This document shows, piece by piece, positions 54,587 through 63,897 of a stretch of 64,000 nucleotides of DNA. Location of the stretch: positions 7,557 through 71,556 of the forward strand of contig JBMORF010000060.1 in assembly GCA_049322315.1 (NCBI GenBank), in the 5' to 3' direction. Within the stretch, counting starts at the first letter, position 1, and each line of letters begins with the position of its first letter. This DNA comes from Thermodesulfobacteriota bacterium (lineage in GTDB: Bacteria; Desulfobacterota; Desulfobaccia; Desulfobaccales; 0-14-0-80-60-11). The notes below the pieces were generated by a model. The model was not told the DNA's origin. It worked only from the letters and a program-made list of their open reading frames with translations, and ran no database searches. A program made the position numbers and the translations under genes.

Positions 54587-55313
54587 GCTGCTGACCCTGT
54601 TCCCGGACTTTTTCACCTCCCCCTTAAGCCAGAGCATGCTCAGCCGGGCCCAGTCCCAGGGGGCCGTGGAATTCCGGATCTTGAATCTCCGGGACTTCAC
54701 CACAGACCGCCACCGGGTGGTGGATGACCGCCCCTTTGGGGGCGGCCCGGGGATGGTCCTGAAGATTGAGCCCCTGGTGCGGGCCATCCGTGCGGTCCGG
54801 GACCAGGACCCGGAAATGCGGGTGATCCTCCTGAGCCCCCGGGGTTCGTTGTTCACCCGGGATAAGGCCCGGGAACTGGCCGGGCTCCAGCACCTGCTGT
54901 TGATCTGCGGCCATTATGAAGGGGTGGACGACCGCCTCCGGTTTTTTGTTGATACCGAGCTGTCCATCGGCGATTATATCTTGACCGGGGGGGAAATTCC
55001 CGCCCTGGTGGTGGTGGACGCGGTGACCCGGCTGCTCCCCGGAGTTCTGGGGGGCGAAGGGGCCGTGGAAGAAGAGTCCTTTGAAACCGGGTTGCTGGAG
55101 TATCCACATTACACCCGGCCCCGGGACTTCGAAGGCCGGGAGGTGCCGGAGATTCTGCTCAGCGGCGATCACCGGCGTATTAATGCTTGGCGGCGCCAGG
55201 AGTCCTTGCGGCTGACGGCCAGGCTCAGGCCCGATCTACTGGAAAAAGCGGTCCTGGAGGATGCGGACCGACAGTTTTTGGCAACTTTAACCGATTCTGA
55301 TAAGAAAGACTAG
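54576..55313 (+). CDS. trmD: tRNA (guanine37-N1)-methyltransferase TrmD
   Basis: LTLFPDFF, GGGPGMVL, CGHYEGVDDR. Confidence 0.95.
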   Translation: MLIELLTLFPDFFTSPLSQSMLSRAQSQGAVEFRILNLRDFTTDRHRVVDDRPFGGGPGMVLKIEPLVRAIRAVRDQDPEMRVILLSPRGSLFTRDKARELAGLQHLLLICGHYEGVDDRLRFFVDTELSIGDYILTGGEIPALVVVDAVTRLLPGVLGGEGAVEEESFETGLLEYPHYTRPRDFEGREVPEILLSGDHRRINAWRRQESLRLTARLRPDLLEKAVLEDADRQFLATLTDSDKKD

Positions 55314-55322
55314 GTGGTTTTT

Positions 55323-55676
55323 ATGGAACGCGTATACCAGATAGCCCGGGAACAGATGCGCGCGGATCTGCCCGCTTTTCGCCCGGGAGACACCGTGGAA
55401 GTGCACGTGCGCATCGTCGAAGGGGAAAAGGAAAGAATCCAGGTCTTTAAAGGGGTGGTCATCCGCAAGAGAGGCGCTCTCACCGGGGCTACCTTCACCG
55501 TCCGCAAGGTTTCCTACGGCGTGGGTGTGGAGCGTATTTTCCCCATCCATTCGCCCAATATCGAACAGGTGAAGGTCCTTTTCCGGGGCGCAGTCCGGCG
55601 CAGTCGTTTGTATTATCTGCGTCAGCGGTCGGGCAAAGCGGCCCGCATCAAAGAAAAGCGGACCCGCCAGGCATGA
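55323..55676 (+). CDS. rplS: 50S ribosomal protein L19
   Basis: [29 protein letters not shown]. Confidence 0.95.
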   Translation: MERVYQIAREQMRADLPAFRPGDTVEVHVRIVEGEKERIQVFKGVVIRKRGALTGATFTVRKVSYGVGVERIFPIHSPNIEQVKVLFRGAVRRSRLYYLRQRSGKAARIKEKRTRQA

Positions 55677-56311
55677 AAAGACTCCGGGCCGGCAAACAAG
55701 TCTTTGCTGACCCGGAAGCTTATTGGCGTCTCCAGGGCATCCCCCTCATCGCCGGGGTGGATGAGGTGGGCCGGGGCCCCCTGGCCGGGCCGGTGGTGGC
55801 CGCGGCCGTGATTTTGCCGCCGGAGCTCCATTTTTCCGGCCTGAAGGACTCCAAGCGCCTTACCCCTGAAGCCAGGACCTTTCTGGATGCTAAAATCCGG
55901 GAGAAGGCCCTGGCTTTTGCCGTCCGGGAACTGAGTCCCCGCCAGATCGAGCGTCTGGGCATTCTGGCCGCCAGCCTTAAAGCCATGGCCCAGGCCATTA
56001 AGGCCCTCTCCCTGATCCCCGAGATGGTCTTGGTGGACGGCCCCCATCCCTTGCCCCTGCCGTACCCCCAACAGCCGGTGATCAAGGGGGACGCTCTCTG
56101 TCCCTCCATTTCCGCGGCTGCGGTCCTGGCCAAGGTGCACCGGGACCGGCTGATGACCGCCTACCACCAGCAGTATCCCCAATATAATTTCGCCGGACAC
56201 AAAGGCTACGCCACCGCCGAACACCTGGAGGCCCTGCGCTGCTGGGGTCCATGTCCCCTTCACCGCCGCACCTTCAGCGGCGTAAAGGAATGGGTGGCTG
56301 AGAGGGAATAA
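55673..56311 (+). CDS. rnhB: Ribonuclease HII
   Basis: [26 protein letters not shown] overlap with rplS. Confidence 0.9.
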   Translation: MKRLRAGKQVFADPEAYWRLQGIPLIAGVDEVGRGPLAGPVVAAAVILPPELHFSGLKDSKRLTPEARTFLDAKIREKALAFAVRELSPRQIERLGILAASLKAMAQAIKALSLIPEMVLVDGPHPLPLPYPQQPVIKGDALCPSISAAAVLAKVHRDRLMTAYHQQYPQYNFAGHKGYATAEHLEALRCWGPCPLHRRTFSGVKEWVAERE

Positions 56312-56314
56312 TGC

Positions 56315-56480
56315 CGTTTTTTGTTTTTGGTTTTTCGTTTTTCGTGAAAAGAATCTAAAAATTTCGACAAACTGCACATAACCTTCGATTCGTTTGCAAG
56401 TGAAGAGGACATGCATTGAATTAATTAAGCTTGTCATTAATACTTATCCTTTACGAAAAACGAAAAACGAAAAACGGTCT
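56315..56480. repeat. CGTTTTT...ACGAAAA-armed intergenic element (copy 4)
   Basis: The left arm is cgttttt tgttttt ggttttt cgttttt cgtgaaa. The right arm is acgaaaa x3 then acggtct. The core is AT-rich. Starts 3 nt after the rnhB stop. Confidence 0.9.
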
Positions 56481-56527
56481 ATTTTTCCTTTGCCTTCTTG
56501 GCGTCTTTGCGTGAGATTAACTTTAAG

Positions 56528-56884
56528 ATGAAAGACCCCAGACGACAGCTTGGCGACGCCGGTGAAGACCTGGCCGCAGCCACCCTGAAAAAGCAGGGTT
56601 ACAAGATCCTGGAGCGCAACTACGTCACCCCCCTGGGGGAAATCGACCTCATCGCCCGGCACCGGGGCGAGCTGGTTTTTATTGAGGTGAAAACCCGCAG
56701 CAGCAACAAATTCGCCGACCCCCAGGACGCGGTGACCCCGGCCAAGCAGGCCCGCCTGCAAAGGCTGGCGGATTATTACTTGCAGCGCCAATGCTTAGGG
56801 GAGGTGGACATGCGCTTTGACGTGGTGGGGATCACCCTGTTAGCGGAAGGACCAAAAGTTGAAGTGATTCAGAATGCTTTTTAG
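56528..56884 (+). CDS. yraN: YraN family (UPF0102) endonuclease-like protein
   Basis: GEDLAAATLKKQGYKILERNY and GEIDLIARHRGELVFIEVKTR. Confidence 0.85.
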   Translation: MKDPRRQLGDAGEDLAAATLKKQGYKILERNYVTPLGEIDLIARHRGELVFIEVKTRSSNKFADPQDAVTPAKQARLQRLADYYLQRQCLGEVDMRFDVVGITLLAEGPKVEVIQNAF

Positions 56885-56923
56885 ATAACCTGGGGTCGGG
56901 CAATGCCCGCCATGATATGCCCT

Positions 56924-57754
56924 ATGCTTTACATCGTCGCCACCCCGATCGGCAATCTGGAAGACATCACCCTCCGGGCTCTCCGGGTCCTTAAAGAAGT
57001 GGACCTGATCGCCGCGGAGGACACCCGCCACACCCGGAAACTTCTGACCCACTATGGGATTAAAACCCCCCTTATCAGCTACCACGCCCATAACCAGAAA
57101 ACCAGAGGTCCGGAGCTGATTTCCCGCCTCCAGGAAGGCCAGAGTATCGCCCTGGTGAGTGACGCCGGCACCCCGGGTTTCTCCGACCCCGGCGCCGACC
57201 TGGTGGCCCTGGCCTGGGACGGGAAGATCAAAGTGGAGGCCGTGCCCGGCCCCGCGGCCGGGGTGGCGGCTTTGTCCATGTCGGGGTTCAAAGGTGACGT
57301 TACTTTCGTGGGCTTTCTCCCCAACCGGGAAGGCAAGCGCCGGGAGATGCTGGGCCGCTTGGCGAATGAGCCCCGGGTGGTTATAATATACGTGTCTCCC
57401 CGGCGCCTTGCGGCCACCCTGGAAGAAATCGCCGGGGCGATGGTTGGCCGTCAGGTGCTGGTGGTCCGGGAGTTGACGAAAAAATTCGAGGAGGCCTGGC
57501 GGGGCCCGGTGGCCGAAGTGGCGGCCCGAATCTCAGGCCGGGAGATCAAAGGGGAATGCGCCCTGGTCCTCTCCTGCCCTGAAGGGGCGGCTGTCCAGGA
57601 CGTGGACTTATCCGGCCACCTCCTGCAAAGGGCCGCGGACCGCGGCCTTCAAGGACGGCAGCTTACCGACCTGGTGGCCGGAGAATTGAAAATGCCCCGG
57701 CGCCTGGTGTACCAGACCTACCTGGCCTTAAAGGCCCAGGGCCGCCTAAAATAG
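56924..57754 (+). CDS. rsmI: 16S rRNA (cytidine1402-2'-O)-methyltransferase RsmI
   Basis: LYIVATPIGNLEDITLRALRVLKEVDLIAAEDTRHT. Confidence 0.9.
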   Translation: MLYIVATPIGNLEDITLRALRVLKEVDLIAAEDTRHTRKLLTHYGIKTPLISYHAHNQKTRGPELISRLQEGQSIALVSDAGTPGFSDPGADLVALAWDGKIKVEAVPGPAAGVAALSMSGFKGDVTFVGFLPNREGKRREMLGRLANEPRVVIIYVSPRRLAATLEEIAGAMVGRQVLVVRELTKKFEEAWRGPVAEVAARISGREIKGECALVLSCPEGAAVQDVDLSGHLLQRAADRGLQGRQLTDLVAGELKMPRRLVYQTYLALKAQGRLK

Positions 57755-57762
57755 AAAAGAAA

Positions 57763-57794
57763 GGGGCGAACCTTGTGTTCGCCCAGCATCCAGG
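57763..57794 (+). repeat. REP-A copy GGGGCGAACCTTGTGTTCGCCC(AGCATCCAGG)
   Basis: 22-mer identical to 33422-33443. Confidence 0.9.
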
Positions 57795-57845
57795 GAGAAT
57801 ACAAGGTTAGCCACATAACTCCCCAGTTTCTTTTGAAATTCGCAT

Positions 57846-58154
57846 ATGTCCAAGATATCCGCGTCGCCCAAAAAGTCGAAAATCCCGGTGGTGGTCAAGG
57901 AATTGTGGGTGGAAAACCGTCTGGGACTCCATGCCCGCCCCGCTGCCCAGGTAGTGCGGTTGGCCCAAAAATTTGACGGAGACCTTATCCTGGAAAAAGA
58001 CGGGAGCCGGGCCAACGCCCGGGATCTCCTGGCCCTCCTGGCCTTAAGCTGCCCCCAGGGGACTCGCCTGGTTTTGCGGGCCTCCGGGCCCCAGGCCCAG
58101 GAAGCCGCGGTCGCCCTGGTTTCCCTCTTTGCCAGCAAGTTTGGAGAGAAATGA
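57846..58154 (+). CDS. ptsH: Phosphocarrier protein HPr
   Basis: NRLGLHARPAA active-site His region. Confidence 0.85.
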   Translation: MSKISASPKKSKIPVVVKELWVENRLGLHARPAAQVVRLAQKFDGDLILEKDGSRANARDLLALLALSCPQGTRLVLRASGPQAQEAAVALVSLFASKFGEK

Positions 58155-59938
58155 CGAGTCAGAATCGGGTCCTCCAGGGTATCCCCGCCTCCCCCGGTAT
58201 TGTCTTGGGCCGCGCCAAGGTGCTGGCCGACAAAGTGGAGGCTCAGCCCTACTATTGCCTGCTGTATGCCCCGGAAGAGATCGCTGAAGAGGTGGACCGT
58301 TTCCTGAAGGCCGTAGAGCAGGCGGAAGTGGACCTCATATCCCTAAAGGAATCCCTGTCTCTGGAGTATCAGGAACATGCCCACCTCCTGGACCTGCAAA
58401 TCCTGATGCTCAAAGAGCGGATGATCTTCGAGGAAACCCAGCGGCTCATCCGGGAAGAGCGCTACAATGCCGAGTGGGCCCTGTTCCAGGCCTGGCAAAA
58501 GGTGATGGACCTCTTTAAGGGGATCGGCGATCCGTATATCAAGGGCCGTATTCAAGACGTGGAGGAAGTTTACCGCCGCCTGCAAGCCATTCTCGCCGGT
58601 AAAGAAGCCTTGAGCCTTTCTGCCCACGAGCCGGTGATTATCGTGGCCCGGGACCTGTCTCCTGCCGAGGCTACCCAGATGACCCGCTCCCAGGTGCTGG
58701 GGTTCATCACGGAACGGGGCGGGCGGACTTCTCACACCGCCATTATCGCCCAATCCCTGGAAATCCCCGCCGTGGTGGGGGTGGACTTTGCCACCAGGGA
58801 GATCTCCTCTGGAGATACAGTGATCCTGGACGGGTTAAAGGGTCAGATCATCTTGGACCCGGACGAGGCGGTGAGTCTTTCCTATCAGGAGCGGCAGGAG
58901 GAATTTGAGGCCTTCAAGGAGGAAGTGGCCCAATCAAGCGGTTTGGCCGCCACCACTATCGATGAATACCCCACGAAGATCCTGGCTAACATCGAATTGC
59001 CCGAAGAGGTGGAGCTGGGCCTCAAGTATGGCGCGGATGGGGTGGGGCTTTACCGCACCGAGTTCCTCTATCTCCGGCTACGGCACCTGCCCACCGAAGA
59101 AGAATTGTTTGAAGATTACCGGCGGGTGGTGGAGGCCATGGCCCCTAAAGTAGTGACCATCCGTACCCTGGATATCGGCGGTGACAAGTTTCTCTCGCCT
59201 TTGGAATACGCGCCGGAAATGAACCCGGCCCTGGGGCTCCGGGCCATCCGTTTCTGCCTCAAAGAAACCACTATCTTCCGCACCCAATTAAAAGCCATCC
59301 TCCGGGCTTCCGCCTACGGACAGGTCCGGGTTATGTTTCCTCTCATCTCCAATGTGGGGGAACTCAGAGAGGCCCGGAGGCTCCTGGAGGAGGTGAAGCA
59401 AGACCTGGAGCAAGAAGGCCTGCCCTTTGACCCCCGCATGCCGGTGGGCGCCATGATCGAAGTGCCGGCCGCGGTCACCCTGGCCCATCTCCTGGCCCAA
59501 TATGCAGACTTCTTTAGCATTGGCACCAATGACCTGATACAATATGCCTTGGCCATTGACCGGGTCAACAAACAGGTGGCCGACATGTATCAGCCGCTGC
59601 ACCCGGCGGTGATCCGCATGATCCGGGAGGTGGTCCACGCCGCCCGGGTGGCCCGGATTCCAGTGGCTATGTGCGGAGAGATGGCCGGAGACCCCCTCTA
59701 TATCCCGGTGCTTTTGGGTTTGGGAGTGGCGGAATTATCCATGAACGCCATGTCTATACCGGTCGCCAAGCACGTTATCCGCATGATTACGATTGAGGCG
59801 GCCCGGAGGATCGCCCGCCAGGCCCTGCGGCTGATCACGGTGAAGGAAATCAATGACTACGTGGCCCAGGAGATGAATCGCCGCTTTCCCGGAATTTTCC
59901 GGTTCGGTCGCACCCTGGCCGCCAACCATGAGTTATGA
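58151..59938 (+). CDS. ptsI: Phosphoenolpyruvate-protein phosphotransferase (PTS enzyme I)
   Basis: GGRTSHTAIIAQSLEIPAVVG and a PEP-utilising TIM barrel (GTNDLIQY). Confidence 0.95.
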   Translation: MTSQNRVLQGIPASPGIVLGRAKVLADKVEAQPYYCLLYAPEEIAEEVDRFLKAVEQAEVDLISLKESLSLEYQEHAHLLDLQILMLKERMIFEETQRLIREERYNAEWALFQAWQKVMDLFKGIGDPYIKGRIQDVEEVYRRLQAILAGKEALSLSAHEPVIIVARDLSPAEATQMTRSQVLGFITERGGRTSHTAIIAQSLEIPAVVGVDFATREISSGDTVILDGLKGQIILDPDEAVSLSYQERQEEFEAFKEEVAQSSGLAATTIDEYPTKILANIELPEEVELGLKYGADGVGLYRTEFLYLRLRHLPTEEELFEDYRRVVEAMAPKVVTIRTLDIGGDKFLSPLEYAPEMNPALGLRAIRFCLKETTIFRTQLKAILRASAYGQVRVMFPLISNVGELREARRLLEEVKQDLEQEGLPFDPRMPVGAMIEVPAAVTLAHLLAQYADFFSIGTNDLIQYALAIDRVNKQVADMYQPLHPAVIRMIREVVHAARVARIPVAMCGEMAGDPLYIPVLLGLGVAELSMNAMSIPVAKHVIRMITIEAARRIARQALRLITVKEINDYVAQEMNRRFPGIFRFGRTLAANHEL

Positions 59939-60405
59939 AAAACGAGAAAGAAGAAAATCTGAAGATCATCTGCCGTAACCGCAAGGCTTATTTCGACTAT
60001 GCCATCGACGCCTTTTATGAGGCCGGGATGGTCTTGCAGGGCACCGAAGTCAAGGCCCTGCGACAGGGCCGGGCCAACATCAATGATGCCTACGCCCGCT
60101 TTCGCGACGGTGAGATCTACCTGTATAACGCCCATATCAGCCCTTACTCCCATGCCGCGCTGGACAGCCATAACCCGGAGCGGCCCCGAAAACTGCTGCT
60201 CCACCGGTGGGAGATGCGACGCCTCCTGGGAAAACTTCAGGAACGGGGCTATACTCTTATTCCTTTAAGGCTGTATTTCAGAAATGAACATGCTAAAGTG
60301 GAACTGGGCTTGGCCAAGGGTAAGAAAAAGGTGGATAAACGGGAAGCCATCCGCCGCCGGGAAGAACAGCGGGAAATAGAGCGGGCCCGGAAACGGCGGA
60401 AGTGA
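59935..60405 (+). CDS. smpB: SsrA-binding protein SmpB
   Basis: NRKAYFDY, GTEVKALR, KLLLHRWE. ATGA overlap with ptsI. Confidence 0.95.
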   Translation: MKNEKEENLKIICRNRKAYFDYAIDAFYEAGMVLQGTEVKALRQGRANINDAYARFRDGEIYLYNAHISPYSHAALDSHNPERPRKLLLHRWEMRRLLGKLQERGYTLIPLRLYFRNEHAKVELGLAKGKKKVDKREAIRRREEQREIERARKRRK

Positions 60406-60422
60406 GCAGCAAGCAGTAGCAA
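60402..60422 (+). repeat. Short heptamer array GTGAGCA GCAAGCA GTAGCAA
   Basis: The first unit contains the smpB stop TGA. Confidence 0.7.
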
Positions 60423-60493
60423 AAGAGGGCCTGCCTGGATTTGTTTGAGGCCCTGGCCCCTAGCGCACAAAATCGACCGAACAAGGAAACACC

Positions 60494-60871
60494 GTGGAAT
60501 CTTTTCACAGGATTGCGGAAAATCGCATTTTAGAGGCCATTGACAATGGCCTGTTTGATAATCTCCAGGGCCAGGGACAGCCTCTCAAGTTGGAGGACGA
60601 AAGCCATATTCCCCCCGAGTTGCGCATGGCTTACCGGATCCTCAAGAATGCCGATTGTCTCCCTCCGGAGCTGGAGTTGCGTAAAGAAATAGTACGCTTG
60701 CAGGATTTGGTGGCCAATATGCCCGACGAAGCGGAGAAGCTCACACAGATGCGCCGCCTCAATTTCCTGATGATGAAAATGGATATGACCCGTCCGGTAT
60801 CTCCTCAGTTACTAGAACATGACCTTTATACCCCCAAGATTCTGGAGCGCCTGCAAACCAGGCCCCGTTAA
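60494..60871 (+). CDS. DUF1992 (DnaJ-C28-like) domain protein
   Basis: IAENRILEAIDNGLFDNLQGQGQPLKLED. Confidence 0.7.
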   Translation: MESFHRIAENRILEAIDNGLFDNLQGQGQPLKLEDESHIPPELRMAYRILKNADCLPPELELRKEIVRLQDLVANMPDEAEKLTQMRRLNFLMMKMDMTRPVSPQLLEHDLYTPKILERLQTRPR

Positions 60872-60880
60872 ATCCGCTCC

Positions 60881-61549
60881 ATGAAGCTCCGCTGGGACCA
60901 TCCCCTCTGGCGCCGTCTGGCCCCGGCCCTGGCCCAGGCCTACTTGCGCACCTGCCCCGCCACTACCCAAATCGGCACGGAAGTTCATAAACTGATGCTT
61001 TCGGGCCGGCCGTTGATCTATACTCTCTGGCACTGCCAACTTCTTTATCCCCTGTATTATGTCCGGCGCTACTATCTGCAACTGCCGCCCCTGGTGGTCA
61101 TGGCCAGCCCCAGCCGGGACGGCGAATTTATCGGCGAGGTGGCCCGGCGTCTGGGCTTCAAGGTCTGCTTCGGTTCCCGGCGCAAGGGCGGGGTCCAGGC
61201 CCTGCACCGCCTGGCGGACTTTTTCCGCCAGGGCTACAGTTGCGGCCTGATCGCCGACGGCTCCCGGGGACCGGCCCGGGTGGCCCAGAAGGGACCGCTC
61301 TATCTGGCCCGGGTGACCGGGGCGCCTCTTATCCCCCTGGCGGTGGCCGCCAAGCGCAAGGCCACTTTTAACACCTGGGACCGCTTTGAATTGCCCCTGC
61401 CTTTTAGCCGCCTGGCGGTGTTGTTTGGGGAGCCTCTCCAGGTCCTCTCCACCGACCGGGGCAAGCTCCTGGAGGAGCGCCGCCGGATGCTAGAAACCCG
61501 CCTCAATCTTCTCTATGACCAGAGCCAAAAATATTTTTCTAAAAATTGA
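60881..61549 (+). CDS. DUF374 (lysophospholipid acyltransferase-like) protein
   Basis: SPSRDGEFIG..LGFKVCFGS, LIADGSRGPARVAQKG. Confidence 0.7.
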   Translation: MKLRWDHPLWRRLAPALAQAYLRTCPATTQIGTEVHKLMLSGRPLIYTLWHCQLLYPLYYVRRYYLQLPPLVVMASPSRDGEFIGEVARRLGFKVCFGSRRKGGVQALHRLADFFRQGYSCGLIADGSRGPARVAQKGPLYLARVTGAPLIPLAVAAKRKATFNTWDRFELPLPFSRLAVLFGEPLQVLSTDRGKLLEERRRMLETRLNLLYDQSQKYFSKN

Positions 61550-61639
61550 CTTAAAAGTTGAGGTTGCCGGTATTAATAGTTTGCCCTGGGAGTGCGATAT
61601 GTTAAATTTAAAGGAAATACATTAAGTTGATGGTATAGC

Positions 61640-62443
61640 ATGCGATTTGAAGAATTGGACGCCCAAACCCTGACCCAGATCGGCACGCCGGAGGCCACGG
61701 CCAAGGCCAAGGAATTGGTGCAGGGACATCATGTACTCCATGGTTACCGTCTGCCTGACCGCCTCCGGGGAGTGGTTTGGGATGAGCAGCCCTTCCAGGT
61801 GGAAGTCAGGACTCAGAATGACCAGATATCCTATGTCTGTTCCTGCCCCCAGGAGGAGGGCGGCGAGATCTGCTCCCATGTTCTGGGTCTGTTGTGGGCC
61901 TGGGTGGAGGATCCCGGCAAGTTTTTGCACCGGGCCGAGCTCAAGGAAAAGCTGAAGAAGTACTCCAAAAAGGAATTGCTGGAGATCATCCTGGACCTGG
62001 CGGACCGGGCTCCGGAAGTTCGGGAAATCCTCAAAGAAGAAGAAGAAGGCCTGGAGGATATTTTAGAATCCATTGACCACGTGGTGGAGGAAGTCTCTGG
62101 GGACTCCACCTCTATAAACGATGCGGAGAACAAGCTGCGCCGGGCTCAGGCCCGGGCCGACCGTCTGGCCCAAAGCGGGCAGTTGGCGGAGGCCCGCTCC
62201 ATCTATTTCTATCTCCTGGATAATATCCTGGGCCTGGAGGAGCGGTTTCAACAGGGCCAGGGTTTTTCCCCGGACCTGAAAACCGAGCTGTTTGAGGAAT
62301 ATTGCCAGTTCATCCACGAAGACCGGCACCTGGAAAAAGAGCTGGTGCAGCAGGAGATCGAACAATTGGAAGGCCGTTCCCCCAGGGTCCGGGAAGGACT
62401 GGACCTCATGGAGCTGAAAAGGGAAGTCTTCGGCGCTCCTTAA
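61640..62443 (+). CDS. SWIM zinc-finger protein
   Basis: CSCPQEEGGEICSHVLGLL (CxC..CxH) with an acidic coiled C-terminal half. Confidence 0.65.
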   Translation: MRFEELDAQTLTQIGTPEATAKAKELVQGHHVLHGYRLPDRLRGVVWDEQPFQVEVRTQNDQISYVCSCPQEEGGEICSHVLGLLWAWVEDPGKFLHRAELKEKLKKYSKKELLEIILDLADRAPEVREILKEEEEGLEDILESIDHVVEEVSGDSTSINDAENKLRRAQARADRLAQSGQLAEARSIYFYLLDNILGLEERFQQGQGFSPDLKTELFEEYCQFIHEDRHLEKELVQQEIEQLEGRSPRVREGLDLMELKREVFGAP

Positions 62444-62508
62444 GCGCCCGCGGAAAAAGTTTTGGCCCCAGGCGCGCCTATCCTGAGCCTGCGGCAGTGA
62501 TAATCATG

Positions 62509-62538
62509 GGACCCAACCCCAGCCGGGGCGTTGGGTCC
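62509..62538. terminator. Hairpin between convergent genes (GGACCCAAC...GTTGGGTCC)
   Basis: 9-bp stem plus inner CCCC/GGGG pairs, followed by TTACTTTT on the plus strand. Abuts the AI-2E transporter stop. Confidence 0.45.
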
Positions 62539-63756
62539 TTACTTTTCCAGGGAGACCGGGGCAGGCTTGGTCGAGGCCGGTTTCACCAGGATGGTCTTCT
62601 GGTAGATGCGCAGCAGCGACAGGAGAAAAGAGAGGATCAATGGCCCCAGAATGAAGCCGATTATGCCGAAATAGGCGATTCCCCCCAGGATGCTAAAAAG
62701 GATGAAAACCGTGGGCGTGGAGCGGGTGCCTTTCATCAGCACGGGCTTGAGAAGGTTGTCGATGACACTCACCAGGACCCCTCCCCAGAAAATCAACCCG
62801 ATTCCTGCGCCCACGTGTCCCTCCACGAGGAGATAAATCGCCGCCGGCCCCCAGATGATGGTACTGCCCACCACCGGGATCACCGCCGCAGGGATCATCA
62901 CCGTGCCCCAGAACGCCGGTTGGGGCAGGCCGAAGATCCAGAAACCCACCCCTCCCAGGATGCCCTGGACGAAGGCCACGATCACCGTGCCCCAGAGAGT
63001 GGCCTTGATGGTGGTTTCCGTCTCGTGCAGAATCTCTTCGTTGTGTACCGTATCCAGGGGGGAGAGCTTCTTGATTTCCTCAATGAAATCGTCCCCTTGA
63101 ATAAACATGAAAAAGGCGATAAAGAGCACCAGGACCAGATCTAGGAAAAAATAGGTAAAACCCTTGAGGAGGCCGATGGCGTTGCTGTAAACGAACTCGC
63201 TGGCTTTGGTAAGGACCGTGAGGATGATCTGGTCTATCTTGATCTGCTCCGCTGGCACCGGCAGCTTCAGATGCAGGAGCCAGGCGTGGACGGCCTTGAC
63301 CTTGGCGTCCACCCATTGCCAGAGATGGCCGTCTTGCATTCCCTGGCGCACCACCCCGGAAAACTCCAAAGCCTGGTTGGCGATGATGCTTACCAGAGAA
63401 ACCAGGGGGATAAGGATGACCAGGGCCAGGATTACGCAGGTGACTAAAGAAGCCAGGGTGCGCATGCCGTAGAAGACCCGGGTAAGAGCCCGGTGCAAGG
63501 GCCTGGCCGTGAAAAAAAGCACCAGGGCCATGAAGATGTCCAGCAGATAGGGCTTAATAATTAAATAAGAAAAGTACAACACCAGCAGGGTAATAACCCC
63601 GAAAAAAAGACGGGCGAATTGGGTGGGAAAACCGGTTTGCTCCTCCCCCGGGGGGCAGGGGGGACAGGGCTCCGCTACCGGAGGCGGCGCGGCCTGGGCG
63701 CTTTCCGCCGGGGTTGGCTGGCGCTGGCCCTCTTTGGGGTATTCCGGTTCGCTCAT
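62539..63756 (-). CDS. AI-2E family transporter (PerM/UPF0118)
   Basis: 405-aa polytopic protein in the usual AI-2E layout, with a Pro-rich N-terminus. Confidence 0.75.
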   Translation of the reverse strand: MSEPEYPKEGQRQPTPAESAQAAPPPVAEPCPPCPPGEEQTGFPTQFARLFFGVITLLVLYFSYLIIKPYLLDIFMALVLFFTARPLHRALTRVFYGMRTLASLVTCVILALVILIPLVSLVSIIANQALEFSGVVRQGMQDGHLWQWVDAKVKAVHAWLLHLKLPVPAEQIKIDQIILTVLTKASEFVYSNAIGLLKGFTYFFLDLVLVLFIAFFMFIQGDDFIEEIKKLSPLDTVHNEEILHETETTIKATLWGTVIVAFVQGILGGVGFWIFGLPQPAFWGTVMIPAAVIPVVGSTIIWGPAAIYLLVEGHVGAGIGLIFWGGVLVSVIDNLLKPVLMKGTRSTPTVFILFSILGGIAYFGIIGFILGPLILSFLLSLLRIYQKTILVKPASTKPAPVSLEK

Positions 63757-63849
63757 GGTCGATTAATGGTTTCTTCGGGTTAAAACCTGCGATTAAAGAA
63801 ATCTTAATCCCTGTCACTATAAGGCAAAAATCGGGGTTTTGCAAAGGTG

Positions 63850-63884
63850 AAAAAAAAGGCAGGGGAGGGGGTAAGTCCGCTGCC
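63850..63884 (-). terminator. Probable rho-independent terminator of the SOD gene
   Basis: The minus strand has GGCAG...CTGCC and GAGGGGG...CCCCCTC pairings followed by T8. Confidence 0.45.
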
Positions 63885-63897
63885 CCCCTCACCCCCC

